Assembly (NCBI GenBank): GCA_016182335.1
Contig: JACOXK010000134.1
Coordinates: 350-32,349 of the forward strand
Length of the DNA stretch: 32,000 nt
Origin: Deltaproteobacteria bacterium
GTDB lineage: Bacteria > Bdellovibrionota > JACOXK01
Direction of reading: 5' to 3'
A program made the position numbers and the translations under genes. A model generated the notes under the pieces. It was not told the DNA's origin, ran no database searches, and worked only from the letters and a program-made list of their open reading frames with translations. Positions 9,648-16,858 of this stretch are shown piece after piece (position 1 is the stretch's first letter; each line of letters starts with the position of its first letter).

Positions 9648-9740
9648 GTACTCCCTATCGGATGGAATGTGAAATTAGCTTAATCTCTGTTCAAAAAAAC
9701 CTGCCTGACCCTCTTTTCAATCTCAAACTTCGTCATTAGA

Positions 9741-9854
9741 CTCGTTTTCGATAAAAAAAGAGTTTCCGCCTGTTAATCTAATCGTAACTGCTGCGCACGC
9801 TCGCATTTACGCTAAGATTAACAACGGCTCCATCGGTTTTCGAATCAAAAACCG
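9741..9854. other. Array of three adjacent hairpins: H1 9741-9762, H2 9771-9823, H3 9834-9854. Possible cis-regulatory leader, sRNA or repeat element.
   Basis: H2 pairs GTTAATCT (9772-9779) with AGATTAAC (9815-9822), then TCGTAA with TTACGC, then an inner TGCG/CGCA helix. H3 pairs CGGTTTT with AAAACCG perfectly. H1 is CTCgTTTT/AAAAaGAG. H1 and H3 share the core TTTTCGA(A)T plus an A-run. Confidence 0.45.
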
Positions 9855-9898
9855 TGCCGACTTCATGAAAATCAACTCAGTGGCAGGGCTGTGCTATA

Positions 9899-10666
9899 TT
9901 ACGCTGGATTCAACTGGTTTTTAAATCTCTTTTTGAGTATCCCCATCGCCTGGGTATGAAGCTGGGAGACCCTGGACTCTGTGACATTTAATATTTCACC
10001 AATTTCTTTTAGATTCAGATCCTCATAGTAGTACAGTGCCAGTACTAATCGCTGCTTTTCAGGCAACTCTTCAAGATTTGAAATGATCATCTCCTTGATA
10101 TCTTTGTCATTCAAACTTGAGAGTGGATCATCGAAGGAGTCCATTTGTATCAGTTTTAAAAAGTTTTTTTTGTCAGATTGTGAAAAATCAGAAAATGAAT
10201 CAATATTTAAAATAGAAACGGGCTTTGTTTGGGAGAGTAAATCATGTAATTCTTCAAGGCTTACACCTAGCTCTTTTGCAATTTCCTTATTGCTAGCGCG
10301 CCTCCCAAGCCTTTTCTCAATAGCAAAACACGCACGCTCAAGCATTTTAGATTTCTCTCGAACACTTCGAGGGACCCAATCCTGAGCTCTTAATTCATCA
10401 AGAATGGCACCTCGAATTCTAAATTCAGCATAAGTTTTAAATTGGTTATCTCGTGTAGGATCGTATTTTTCGATAGCGTCGATCAAACCAATCACGCCAG
10501 AACTTACTAGATCGTCAAGCTCAATATTTGCAGGTAATCTCATGGCAATTTTTTTTGCTATGAACTTAATTAATGGCATATACTCTTGAATCAATTCACT
10601 TCTCTGACGTGAATTTAAGTATTTGAGTTTTTTTTTATTCCACTGATTTCTTACTGATACCCCCAT
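9899..10666 (-). CDS. fliA: Flagellar sigma factor FliA (sigma-28)
   Basis: Sigma70-family regions 2-4. The DELRAQDWVPRSVREK motif is typical of FliA. Start chosen at ATG 10666 (MGVSVRNQW, GGGGGAG SD 6 nt upstream) rather than the upstream ATG at 10699 in the ORF track. Confidence 0.85.
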   Translation of the reverse strand: MGVSVRNQWNKKKLKYLNSRQRSELIQEYMPLIKFIAKKIAMRLPANIELDDLVSSGVIGLIDAIEKYDPTRDNQFKTYAEFRIRGAILDELRAQDWVPRSVREKSKMLERACFAIEKRLGRRASNKEIAKELGVSLEELHDLLSQTKPVSILNIDSFSDFSQSDKKNFLKLIQMDSFDDPLSSLNDKDIKEMIISNLEELPEKQRLVLALYYYEDLNLKEIGEILNVTESRVSQLHTQAMGILKKRFKNQLNPA

Positions 10667-10680
10667 AGCATCTCCCCCCT

Positions 10681-10722
10681 TGTCATCCTGAGGCCACAAG
10701 GCCGAAGGATCTCAGAGTGACA
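10681..10722. repeat. 42-bp imperfect palindromic element TGTCATCCTGAGGCCACAAGGCCGAAGGATCTCAGAGTGACA
   Basis: Outer arms TGTCA/TGACA and CTGAG/CTCAG pair, with an inner GGCC..GGCC. It sits immediately 5' of the fliA SD on the minus-strand transcript. Confidence 0.55.
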
Positions 10723-10836
10723 CAGATTTAGAGAGCAACTTTTATGCCATTAAATATGCCAATGATTTCACAAGTTACCTGTCAAAATACTGACGATAGG
10801 TCTCATGAGCCCCAAGAATTTGACACCATCCTTGTG

Positions 10837-10864
10837 TAAAGACCACATCGGTTTATTCCGATAA
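10837..10864 (+). promoter_or_regulatory. Sigma-28 (FliA)-like promoter candidate, TAAA-N16-TCCGATAA
   Basis: Compared with the enterobacterial consensus TAAA-N15-GCCGATAA, the -10 element matches 7/8 and the spacer is one nt longer. It points at the ATG at 10872. Confidence 0.25.
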
Positions 10865-10871
10865 GAAAGGC

Positions 10872-11009
10872 ATGAACATTGTTCTTAGGCCTATTTCATT
10901 ACTTGTGTTTTTTTTGATTTTTTACGGCAATGGCTGCTCCATCATGGATATTAGTGTAGAGCCTAAAAGAAGTGAAACTTACAAATTAGGAACGCTATCT
11001 GATGACTGA
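10872..11009 (+). CDS. Small (45-aa) putative lipoprotein or signal-peptide ORF, absent from the supplied track
   Basis: My translation: MNIVLRPISLLVFFLIFYGNGCSIMDISVEPKRSETYKLGTLSDD. AAGAAAGG SD upstream, hydrophobic core followed by Cys. Confidence 0.35.
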   Translation: MNIVLRPISLLVFFLIFYGNGCSIMDISVEPKRSETYKLGTLSDD

Positions 11010-11205
11010 AATAAGACTGGATGAACGAGAAGCACAACATACGATAGCAACGGGAAAGCTCGATGGCGTACTTATTAAAATGAATATTTATGTCTTAAGA
11101 AAAAATTATTGCATTTATGATCTCACATATTCTGCAAAGATAAATACTTATGATGTGGGGGTTGTGGAATTTGAGCGCTTTGTAGCTGCCTTTCATGCAT
11201 GGTGA
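11002..11205 (+). CDS. Hypothetical 67-aa protein whose start overlaps the stop of the preceding 45-aa ORF (ATGACTGA)
   Basis: ORF track entry. It ends 3 nt before mlaE. No recognisable motif. Confidence 0.35.
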   Translation: MTEIRLDEREAQHTIATGKLDGVLIKMNIYVLRKNYCIYDLTYSAKINTYDVGVVEFERFVAAFHAW

Positions 11206-11208
11206 AAT

Positions 11209-11988
11209 ATGGTTGAACTTTTTTTCGAAAGATTTGGAAAGGTCATCACAGAGTTTCTAGAATTCTTTGGTGGATTTGGAAGAATACTATTTCAATCCGC
11301 CAGAGAAATGGTGACACCTCCTTATTATGTTTCACTCACCCTAAGCGAGGTTTATTCCATTGGCTATAAATCGATTCCCCTCATTGCGGCCACCTGCCTC
11401 TCAACAGGCATGGTCATAGCACTTCAAATCGCCTATGGTCTTGAAAAATTTGGTGGCCAGCTCTATGTACCAAAAGTCGTGGCCCTTTCGTTCATTCGAG
11501 AACTAGGACCCGTTTTTACAAGTCTTATGGTAGCTGCACGTGTTGGCGCAGGCATCGCTGCCGAAGTTGGCTCGATGAACGTTACGGAACAGATTGATGC
11601 CATAAGGGCTTTGGGAACAAGCCCCATCAAGAGAATTGTCATCCCAAGAGTTCTTGGAACTCTCATTTCACTACCACTCCTCACAACTTTTGGGATTCTC
11701 ATTGGTCTTATTGGTGGGATGATCGTGTGTTACACAGATCTATCTCTCACACCTCAATATTATTACAATAAAATTATGGAAACTCTGACCTTAAAGGACT
11801 TTTTTTCGGGTCTTGGAAAAACATTTTTCTTTGCTATTTTTATCTCGATCATAGGATGCTTCAAAGGGTTTACAACAACGGGTGGCACACGTGGTGTAGG
11901 CCTTTCAACAACAGAATCAGTCGTGATTTCGGCTATTACAATTCTTATTTCAGATTTCTTTTTGTCTAAATTTTTCTTGAGCTTGTAG
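11209..11988 (+). CDS. mlaE: MlaE-type ABC transporter permease
   Basis: 259-aa polytopic protein with MlaE/YrbE-like length and layout, directly followed by the MlaF-like and MlaD-like genes. Confidence 0.85.
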   Translation: MVELFFERFGKVITEFLEFFGGFGRILFQSAREMVTPPYYVSLTLSEVYSIGYKSIPLIAATCLSTGMVIALQIAYGLEKFGGQLYVPKVVALSFIRELGPVFTSLMVAARVGAGIAAEVGSMNVTEQIDAIRALGTSPIKRIVIPRVLGTLISLPLLTTFGILIGLIGGMIVCYTDLSLTPQYYYNKIMETLTLKDFFSGLGKTFFFAIFISIIGCFKGFTTTGGTRGVGLSTTESVVISAITILISDFFLSKFFLSL

Positions 11989-11994
11989 GAATGT

Positions 11995-12741
11995 ATGGAG
12001 AAAGAGCAAAAAAATATTATTGAAGTTTACAATCTGCACAAAAGATTTGGGGGAAATATTGTTTATCAGGGAGCTACCCTTTCTGTTAAAAAAGGAGAAG
12101 TCCTCACTCTCATCGGAGGCTCTGGATGCGGGAAAAGTGTCATGCTCAAACATTTGATAGGCCTTTTGTGCCCCGATGAAGGAAAAATCCTATTCGATGG
12201 ACAGGACATTACCCTCTTAAGCGAAAAAGAATTCCTCCCGATAAGAAAGCGAATTGCCATGTTATTCCAAGGAGGAGCCTTGTTTGATTCTTTAAGCACT
12301 TTTGAAAACATTGCCTATCCTCTCCAGGAACATACAAATCTTTCTTCTGAAGAAATCAGAAGGAAGGTTAAAGACGTTCTGGAGTTGGTCGGTTTAGACG
12401 GTAAGCAGAACGTTTACCCCCATGATCTGAGTGGTGGGATGAAGAAACGTGTTGGATTAGCCAGAGCCATTGTTCTAGAACCAGAAGTAGTTCTCTTCGA
12501 TGAGCCAACAACGGGCTTGGATCCTTACAACACTCGAAAAATCAATGAGGCCATTATTAACCTCAACAAAGAAAAAAAGATGACATGTCTCATTGTCACA
12601 CACGACATGCCAAGCACTTTTGAAGTTACAGATCGTATCGCCATGGTTCATGAGGGAAGAATCATTATTGAGGACCAGAAGGAAAAAGTAAAAGAGAACG
12701 ACATTGTTCGTTCTTTTATTACGGGTGAGAAGGTTTTTTAA
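11995..12741 (+). CDS. mlaF: MlaF-type ABC transporter ATP-binding protein
   Basis: Walker A GGSGCGKS, ABC signature LSGGMKKR, Walker B VVLFDEPT. Confidence 0.9.
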   Translation: MEKEQKNIIEVYNLHKRFGGNIVYQGATLSVKKGEVLTLIGGSGCGKSVMLKHLIGLLCPDEGKILFDGQDITLLSEKEFLPIRKRIAMLFQGGALFDSLSTFENIAYPLQEHTNLSSEEIRRKVKDVLELVGLDGKQNVYPHDLSGGMKKRVGLARAIVLEPEVVLFDEPTTGLDPYNTRKINEAIINLNKEKKMTCLIVTHDMPSTFEVTDRIAMVHEGRIIIEDQKEKVKENDIVRSFITGEKVF

Positions 12742-13613
12742 TGAAAGAAAGATTTATAGACATTAAAGTTGGTTTTTTTGTTTTCTTGGGAGTGCTTCTC
12801 ATTTGCGTTATGATTTTACTCGTAGGAAGTGACAAGCTTCTTTTTAAAGCCAACTACACACTTTATTGCAAATTCCCAAATATTATGGGGCTCCAAAATG
12901 GTGCTGGAGTGCGACTTGCAGGTTATAACATTGGAACTGTCAGTAACGTCTTTTTCTCTAAGGATCCTGACGAAAAAGAGGCCGTTATTGTTGAGTTAAC
13001 TATAGAATACAGCAAACGGGAATACATTCGAATGGACTCTAAAGCTACTATTAATACGATTGGTGTTCTAGGGGACAAGTATATTGAAATTACTTTCGGA
13101 TCACCATCTCAACCCGTGATTGAACCCAATGGTTGGATCGCAGTGGATGCCCCTAAAGAGATCACTGATTACCTAAGTAAAGTTGGCGGCATTCTCAATA
13201 AAATTGATCGCGTGATTTCGTTTGTTGATGATAAGCTTGAAACCTATAAGAAAGAAGGAACCATCACCAAAATCCTCAACAATTTAGTGACAGTCACAAC
13301 CAATATGGCCTCTATCACGGAAGAAATCAGAAAGGGAGAAAGCGTTCTTGGCAAACTTGTTTATGATACAAAACAATCAAAAGATTTTTCCTTGTTCTTA
13401 AGCAATCTCAAAAATATTAGTTTCAAATTGAATTCTGGAAAAGGAACTTTTGGTGCCCTGATCAATGACCCAACACTTTATGAAGATTTAAAAACGATTC
13501 TTTCAGGTGCTTCACGCAGCAAAACTTTTAAATACGTGATCCGACACGCCATCCAAAAATCGGAAGAACTTAAAGAAGAGAGGAAAAAGGAAGAAGAAAC
13601 AGCTCTCAAATAA
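12741..13613 (+). CDS. mlaD: MlaD/MCE-domain substrate-binding protein with a long C-terminal helical extension
   Basis: N-terminal TM helix, an MCE-like segment (GLQNGAGVRLAGYNIGTV) and a TAATG overlap with mlaF. Confidence 0.8.
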   Translation: MKERFIDIKVGFFVFLGVLLICVMILLVGSDKLLFKANYTLYCKFPNIMGLQNGAGVRLAGYNIGTVSNVFFSKDPDEKEAVIVELTIEYSKREYIRMDSKATINTIGVLGDKYIEITFGSPSQPVIEPNGWIAVDAPKEITDYLSKVGGILNKIDRVISFVDDKLETYKKEGTITKILNNLVTVTTNMASITEEIRKGESVLGKLVYDTKQSKDFSLFLSNLKNISFKLNSGKGTFGALINDPTLYEDLKTILSGASRSKTFKYVIRHAIQKSEELKEERKKEEETALK

Positions 13614-13616
13614 ACT

Positions 13617-13641
13617 ACTGCCAGTTTACGCAGGCAGTTTT
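13617..13641 (+). terminator. Weak candidate intrinsic terminator after mlaD
   Basis: 6-bp stem ACTGCC/GGCAGT with a 10-nt loop, followed by TTTT. A second hairpin, CACGTC-TTT-GACGTG at 13650-13664, has no T-run. Confidence 0.3.
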
Positions 13642-13672
13642 CAGAATTACACGTCTTTGACGTGGGAGACCC

Positions 13673-14320
13673 TCAAGGCGTTATGATTTTAACATCGTCG
13701 ATCAAATATATAATCGATTCACCAGAAGGCACCGGGGCCGTTAGAAAAAAAGAAACGGGCACAGACTGATCTCTAAAGGAACTTATATCAATATCCACAT
13801 CCAACCACTGCGTTTCAGAAGGAAACCCGGAAGGTCCGTTATTAATCACCTTTGTCGCGTTGGTCTGGTTTTCTATAATATTAGTCAACTCACATGTTTC
13901 ATGACTAACATTGATCTTCGCACTGGCAATGAGAGGTTGACCAGCAACCGGTTCTTTTAAAATCACTTCAAAAAGCCTTACATAATTCTGCTTCTTTAAA
14001 GTACTATAAAGCGCTTTTATCTTAAATTGCACATGATTGCCTTCCTGAATGGAACTTAAATCAGTATGAAAAAAATTAAAATCTACAATATTCTCACCCA
14101 CTTGTCCGAGTGTAATTTTAGCCATCTTGTTTCCTTCCGGAGCTACCACGTTTCCAACACTGAGGACAGCCTCAACAACACCTGACGTCCCAAGATTATC
14201 GGCAGTTAATGTCCAGTTTGAAAGTCCATCTTCAAATCCTCCATTTAAAATTGAAGAATGCGCGAAATTAATAAAACTCAAGAATACAAAAAACACTCCC
14301 ACATAAAGTATTTTTCTCAT
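13673..14320 (-). CDS. Secreted hypothetical protein, probably a CBM-like or jelly-roll beta-sandwich
   Basis: Signal peptide MRKILYVGVFFVFLSFINFAHS. An NGGFEDGLSNW opening and an LIDDVKI ending resemble CBM4/9 and DUF642-like domains. Start at ATG 14320, with AAGGAG 8 nt upstream, rather than 14395. Confidence 0.7.
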   Translation of the reverse strand: MRKILYVGVFFVFLSFINFAHSSILNGGFEDGLSNWTLTADNLGTSGVVEAVLSVGNVVAPEGNKMAKITLGQVGENIVDFNFFHTDLSSIQEGNHVQFKIKALYSTLKKQNYVRLFEVILKEPVAGQPLIASAKINVSHETCELTNIIENQTNATKVINNGPSGFPSETQWLDVDIDISSFRDQSVPVSFFLTAPVPSGESIIYLIDDVKIITP

Positions 14321-14342
14321 AGTACATGCTCCTTTCTCTTTT

Positions 14343-14370
14343 AATATAAATATTGAATCAAATCTGTCAA
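14343..14370 (-). promoter_or_regulatory. Sigma70-type promoter on the minus strand, TTGACA-16 nt-TATATT
   Basis: Plus-strand TGTCAA at 14365-14370 and AATATA at 14343-14348. This predicts a leader of about 16 nt containing the AAGGAG SD. Confidence 0.45.
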
Positions 14371-14494
14371 TGTACAAGACCAACGTAAAACTCATTGGTG
14401 CAGATGCATCTGACGATCTTGGCAGATCAGTTTCAGGTGGACAATGAATTAATTCCAGCTACCTGCATGGACAGGAGAGCGTGTCCAAAAAATA

Positions 14495-14911
14495 CTAATC
14501 AGACAGTTTACCCAGTCTGTTTTTAGCTGCTAAAAATTTAGGGTTAAGTTTCAGTGCTTTATTAAAGTGTTCTTGAGCCTTATCTTTTTCATTGAGCTCA
14601 ACTTCTGCAACGCCCAATAAATAATAAACGGCAGGGTTCTTCGGCTCAAGATGCGACGCCTTTTCTAAGTTATCTTTACTTTTGTGCCATTTTTTTAAGA
14701 TTTGATAAGAGCTGCCCAGGTTCATATACGCTAGAGCAAAACCTGGATTTAAACTTAAAGATTTTTCAAAATGCTTCACAGCTTCTTCTGTTTTTCCTTG
14801 AGAAAGCAAAATCCCGCCCATATCATTATAAACGATGGCATTGTTGGGTTGAATTTTTTGCGCTTCTTCTAAAAGATTGAGGGCCTTTAAAGTTTCTTTT
14901 TGGGTAATCAA
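14495..14911 (-). CDS. TPR-repeat ORF, probably the detached C-terminal part of the upstream phosphodiesterase-TPR gene
   Basis: Three to four TPR units. Same reading frame as 14942-16762, separated by one TAA and 10 sense codons. Only a TTG start with no convincing SD. Confidence 0.55.
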   Translation of the reverse strand: MITQKETLKALNLLEEAQKIQPNNAIVYNDMGGILLSQGKTEEAVKHFEKSLSLNPGFALAYMNLGSSYQILKKWHKSKDNLEKASHLEPKNPAVYYLLGVAEVELNEKDKAQEHFNKALKLNPKFLAAKNRLGKLSD

Positions 14912-14941
14912 CTCACGTGCTTCATGAAGGTAGGAATCAAT

Positions 14942-16762
14942 TTATGAAAACTTTGGGTTTAAATCAAACGCTTTTCGATATTCCTCTTGAGCTTTGTGCC
15001 AATTTTTTTGTTTTTCATATAAGAAACCTAAATTGTAGTGCGCCATAGGGTCTTTAGCATTGATAGATAACGCCTTTTCATACGCTTTCACGGCCTTTTT
15101 CGAACGGTTGAAATCTCTTAAAATATTTCCCTGATTAACATACAGAGATGAAAGCTCTGGCTTTAGAGCAATAGCTTCTTGAATGTGATTTAGAGCGAGC
15201 CTAAAACTTTTCTTTTCTTTATATAAAAGGGAAAGCTGATTGTGCACCACATAGGCTTTGTTATAACCTGGATTTTCTTGTAAAATCTTTTCATACGCTG
15301 CAGTAGCTTCTTGAGTTTTTCCTGATTCTTCCAAGTGATACGCTTCTAAAAGAGGGTTTCTTGTATCAAAGTGAGACTTAAGGGTTTTTTTCTCTTTTGA
15401 CTCATCTATGTTTACCAACTCTCCCTGATTTACATAACCTAAAGATACCAGCTTTTCTTTTAAAGTATCATCAGAAGAAGAGCGTATCGGTGGTGGTTGA
15501 TCTTTCTTTTTGCCTCTTTCATAGCTTGCAATATAAGAAATTTTTTCAATATCAAACTGCTCTTGTTTAAAGGCAGAAGACATAATTTGCCCTTTCATAT
15601 CTTGCGCTAAAGGCTGATCCATAAGATATAACAGTGTTGGAGCCACATCATAAAGATCATAGCCCTTAATTTCCTTTCCTATTGAAAATTGAGGTCCTAA
15701 AAATGCTATAATTCCATGCTCATCATGCCACCTTTCTTCTGCGTTTTCACCAATGGCAGCTGATGTATTAAGACGTTCATCTTTAAATTTAAACCCATGA
15801 TCTGAAATCAGAACAAATGAAGTATTGGGATGAGCCACTCTTAAAAAATCCCCTAAAATCTGATCTAAATAAACATAGGTTTGTCCTACAGCATCTTTGT
15901 ATTTTTCAAAATCTTCCTTCGATACGCGATCAAGCTTGGGTGGAGCATAATCCATATAGGTATGCATCATCGTATCTGGGGCATCCAGATAAAATGCTAG
16001 GAAATGTGGTTGATCGGTTTCTATTTTTTCCAAAGCAAGTCTGGACATTGTTTTAATGGAGGACAAAATCATGCGAAGATTATACTGAGGGTTCTTGATA
16101 TCGTATTTTCCCGTTTCATAACTTTTTTCAAATTCTTCTCTTCGAATATGAATAAAGGGCTTAGACTCCTCGTAAGTAATGCCAGAAGGGGAAGCTAAAA
16201 GATGTTGTCTACTCACAACATAGTCTTGCGGCCAAGAAAGTTTATCTATTGTTAAACGATCCCCAACAATTCGAGGGAAAATATGATAGCTTAAACGATC
16301 TGATACCAAAACCCCATTGACGGGCTGTGCAGGCCACGAAACAAGCCAGTTAAAAACACCCACGCTGAATCCTTCATCCCCTAAAATATCCCACAGTGTT
16401 CTGACTTGAATTCGATTGCTCATCACAGGAATTCTAGTTTTTTGGTCCTCATTCCATTCTAAAAAATCTACAATGCCATGCTCATCGGCACTTTTCCCTG
16501 TAGCAATCGTTGTCCATAAAACAGGGGACAGCATGGGAGAAAAAGATTTTAAATATCCAAAAGCACCCTCCGTTTTAAAGCGCTTAAAATGGGGTAACTT
16601 CCCTTCTTGAATGAAATGATCAATGATATCCCAATCGGCACCGTCCAAGCCAATAAGAATGACTTTACCAGATTTGGAATGAAAATAAAAAAAGGCAGTT
16701 ATTGCCAATACAACAATTAAACTCCCAAAGATTAAAAACCGTTTTTTATTCTTTATGTGCAT
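14942..16762 (-). CDS. Membrane-anchored alkaline-phosphatase-superfamily enzyme (type I phosphodiesterase / nucleotide pyrophosphatase-like) with C-terminal TPR repeats
   Basis: N-terminal TM helix. Metal-ligand and nucleophile motifs LIGLDGADWD, LSPVLWTTIATGK and LISDHGF. TPR units over the last 130 aa or so. Confidence 0.8.
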   Translation of the reverse strand: MHIKNKKRFLIFGSLIVVLAITAFFYFHSKSGKVILIGLDGADWDIIDHFIQEGKLPHFKRFKTEGAFGYLKSFSPMLSPVLWTTIATGKSADEHGIVDFLEWNEDQKTRIPVMSNRIQVRTLWDILGDEGFSVGVFNWLVSWPAQPVNGVLVSDRLSYHIFPRIVGDRLTIDKLSWPQDYVVSRQHLLASPSGITYEESKPFIHIRREEFEKSYETGKYDIKNPQYNLRMILSSIKTMSRLALEKIETDQPHFLAFYLDAPDTMMHTYMDYAPPKLDRVSKEDFEKYKDAVGQTYVYLDQILGDFLRVAHPNTSFVLISDHGFKFKDERLNTSAAIGENAEERWHDEHGIIAFLGPQFSIGKEIKGYDLYDVAPTLLYLMDQPLAQDMKGQIMSSAFKQEQFDIEKISYIASYERGKKKDQPPPIRSSSDDTLKEKLVSLGYVNQGELVNIDESKEKKTLKSHFDTRNPLLEAYHLEESGKTQEATAAYEKILQENPGYNKAYVVHNQLSLLYKEKKSFRLALNHIQEAIALKPELSSLYVNQGNILRDFNRSKKAVKAYEKALSINAKDPMAHYNLGFLYEKQKNWHKAQEEYRKAFDLNPKFS

Positions 16763-16858
16763 TTGATTTAATTATCTGGTTCGAATTTACAAATCAAGCG
16801 CTATTTGTGCACGAAAATTTGTATTGTTTTTTTGTCCTCGGAAGCTATACATAGCACT

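Noticed and set aside
9833-9854. A tRNA T-arm look-alike (GGTTTTCGAATC).
   Set aside because: No acceptor, D or anticodon arms can be drawn around it. It is a simple 7-bp hairpin.
9648-9898. A c-di-GMP riboswitch (GEMM-I/II) upstream of the HD-GYP gene.
   Set aside because: The idea is attractive, but I could not find the conserved GEMM elements I remember: paired hairpins with a GNRA tetraloop and receptor, and the ACGCAAAGC-type cores. The structured region is kept only as an unclassified finding.
9899-10699. Longer N-terminal extensions given in the ORF track for fliA (start 10699), the sigma54 activator (22495), cysD (16805), the secreted protein (14395), actA (1372) and ruvC (28788).
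   Set aside because: Each has a downstream ATG, usually with a better-placed SD and an N-terminus matching the family. The fliA extension would also translate through the palindromic element.
14461-14486. The hairpin GGACA-N8-TGTCC next to an A6 run, as a terminator for the TPR gene.
   Set aside because: In the minus-strand direction the T-run precedes rather than follows the stem. On the plus strand no gene ends here.
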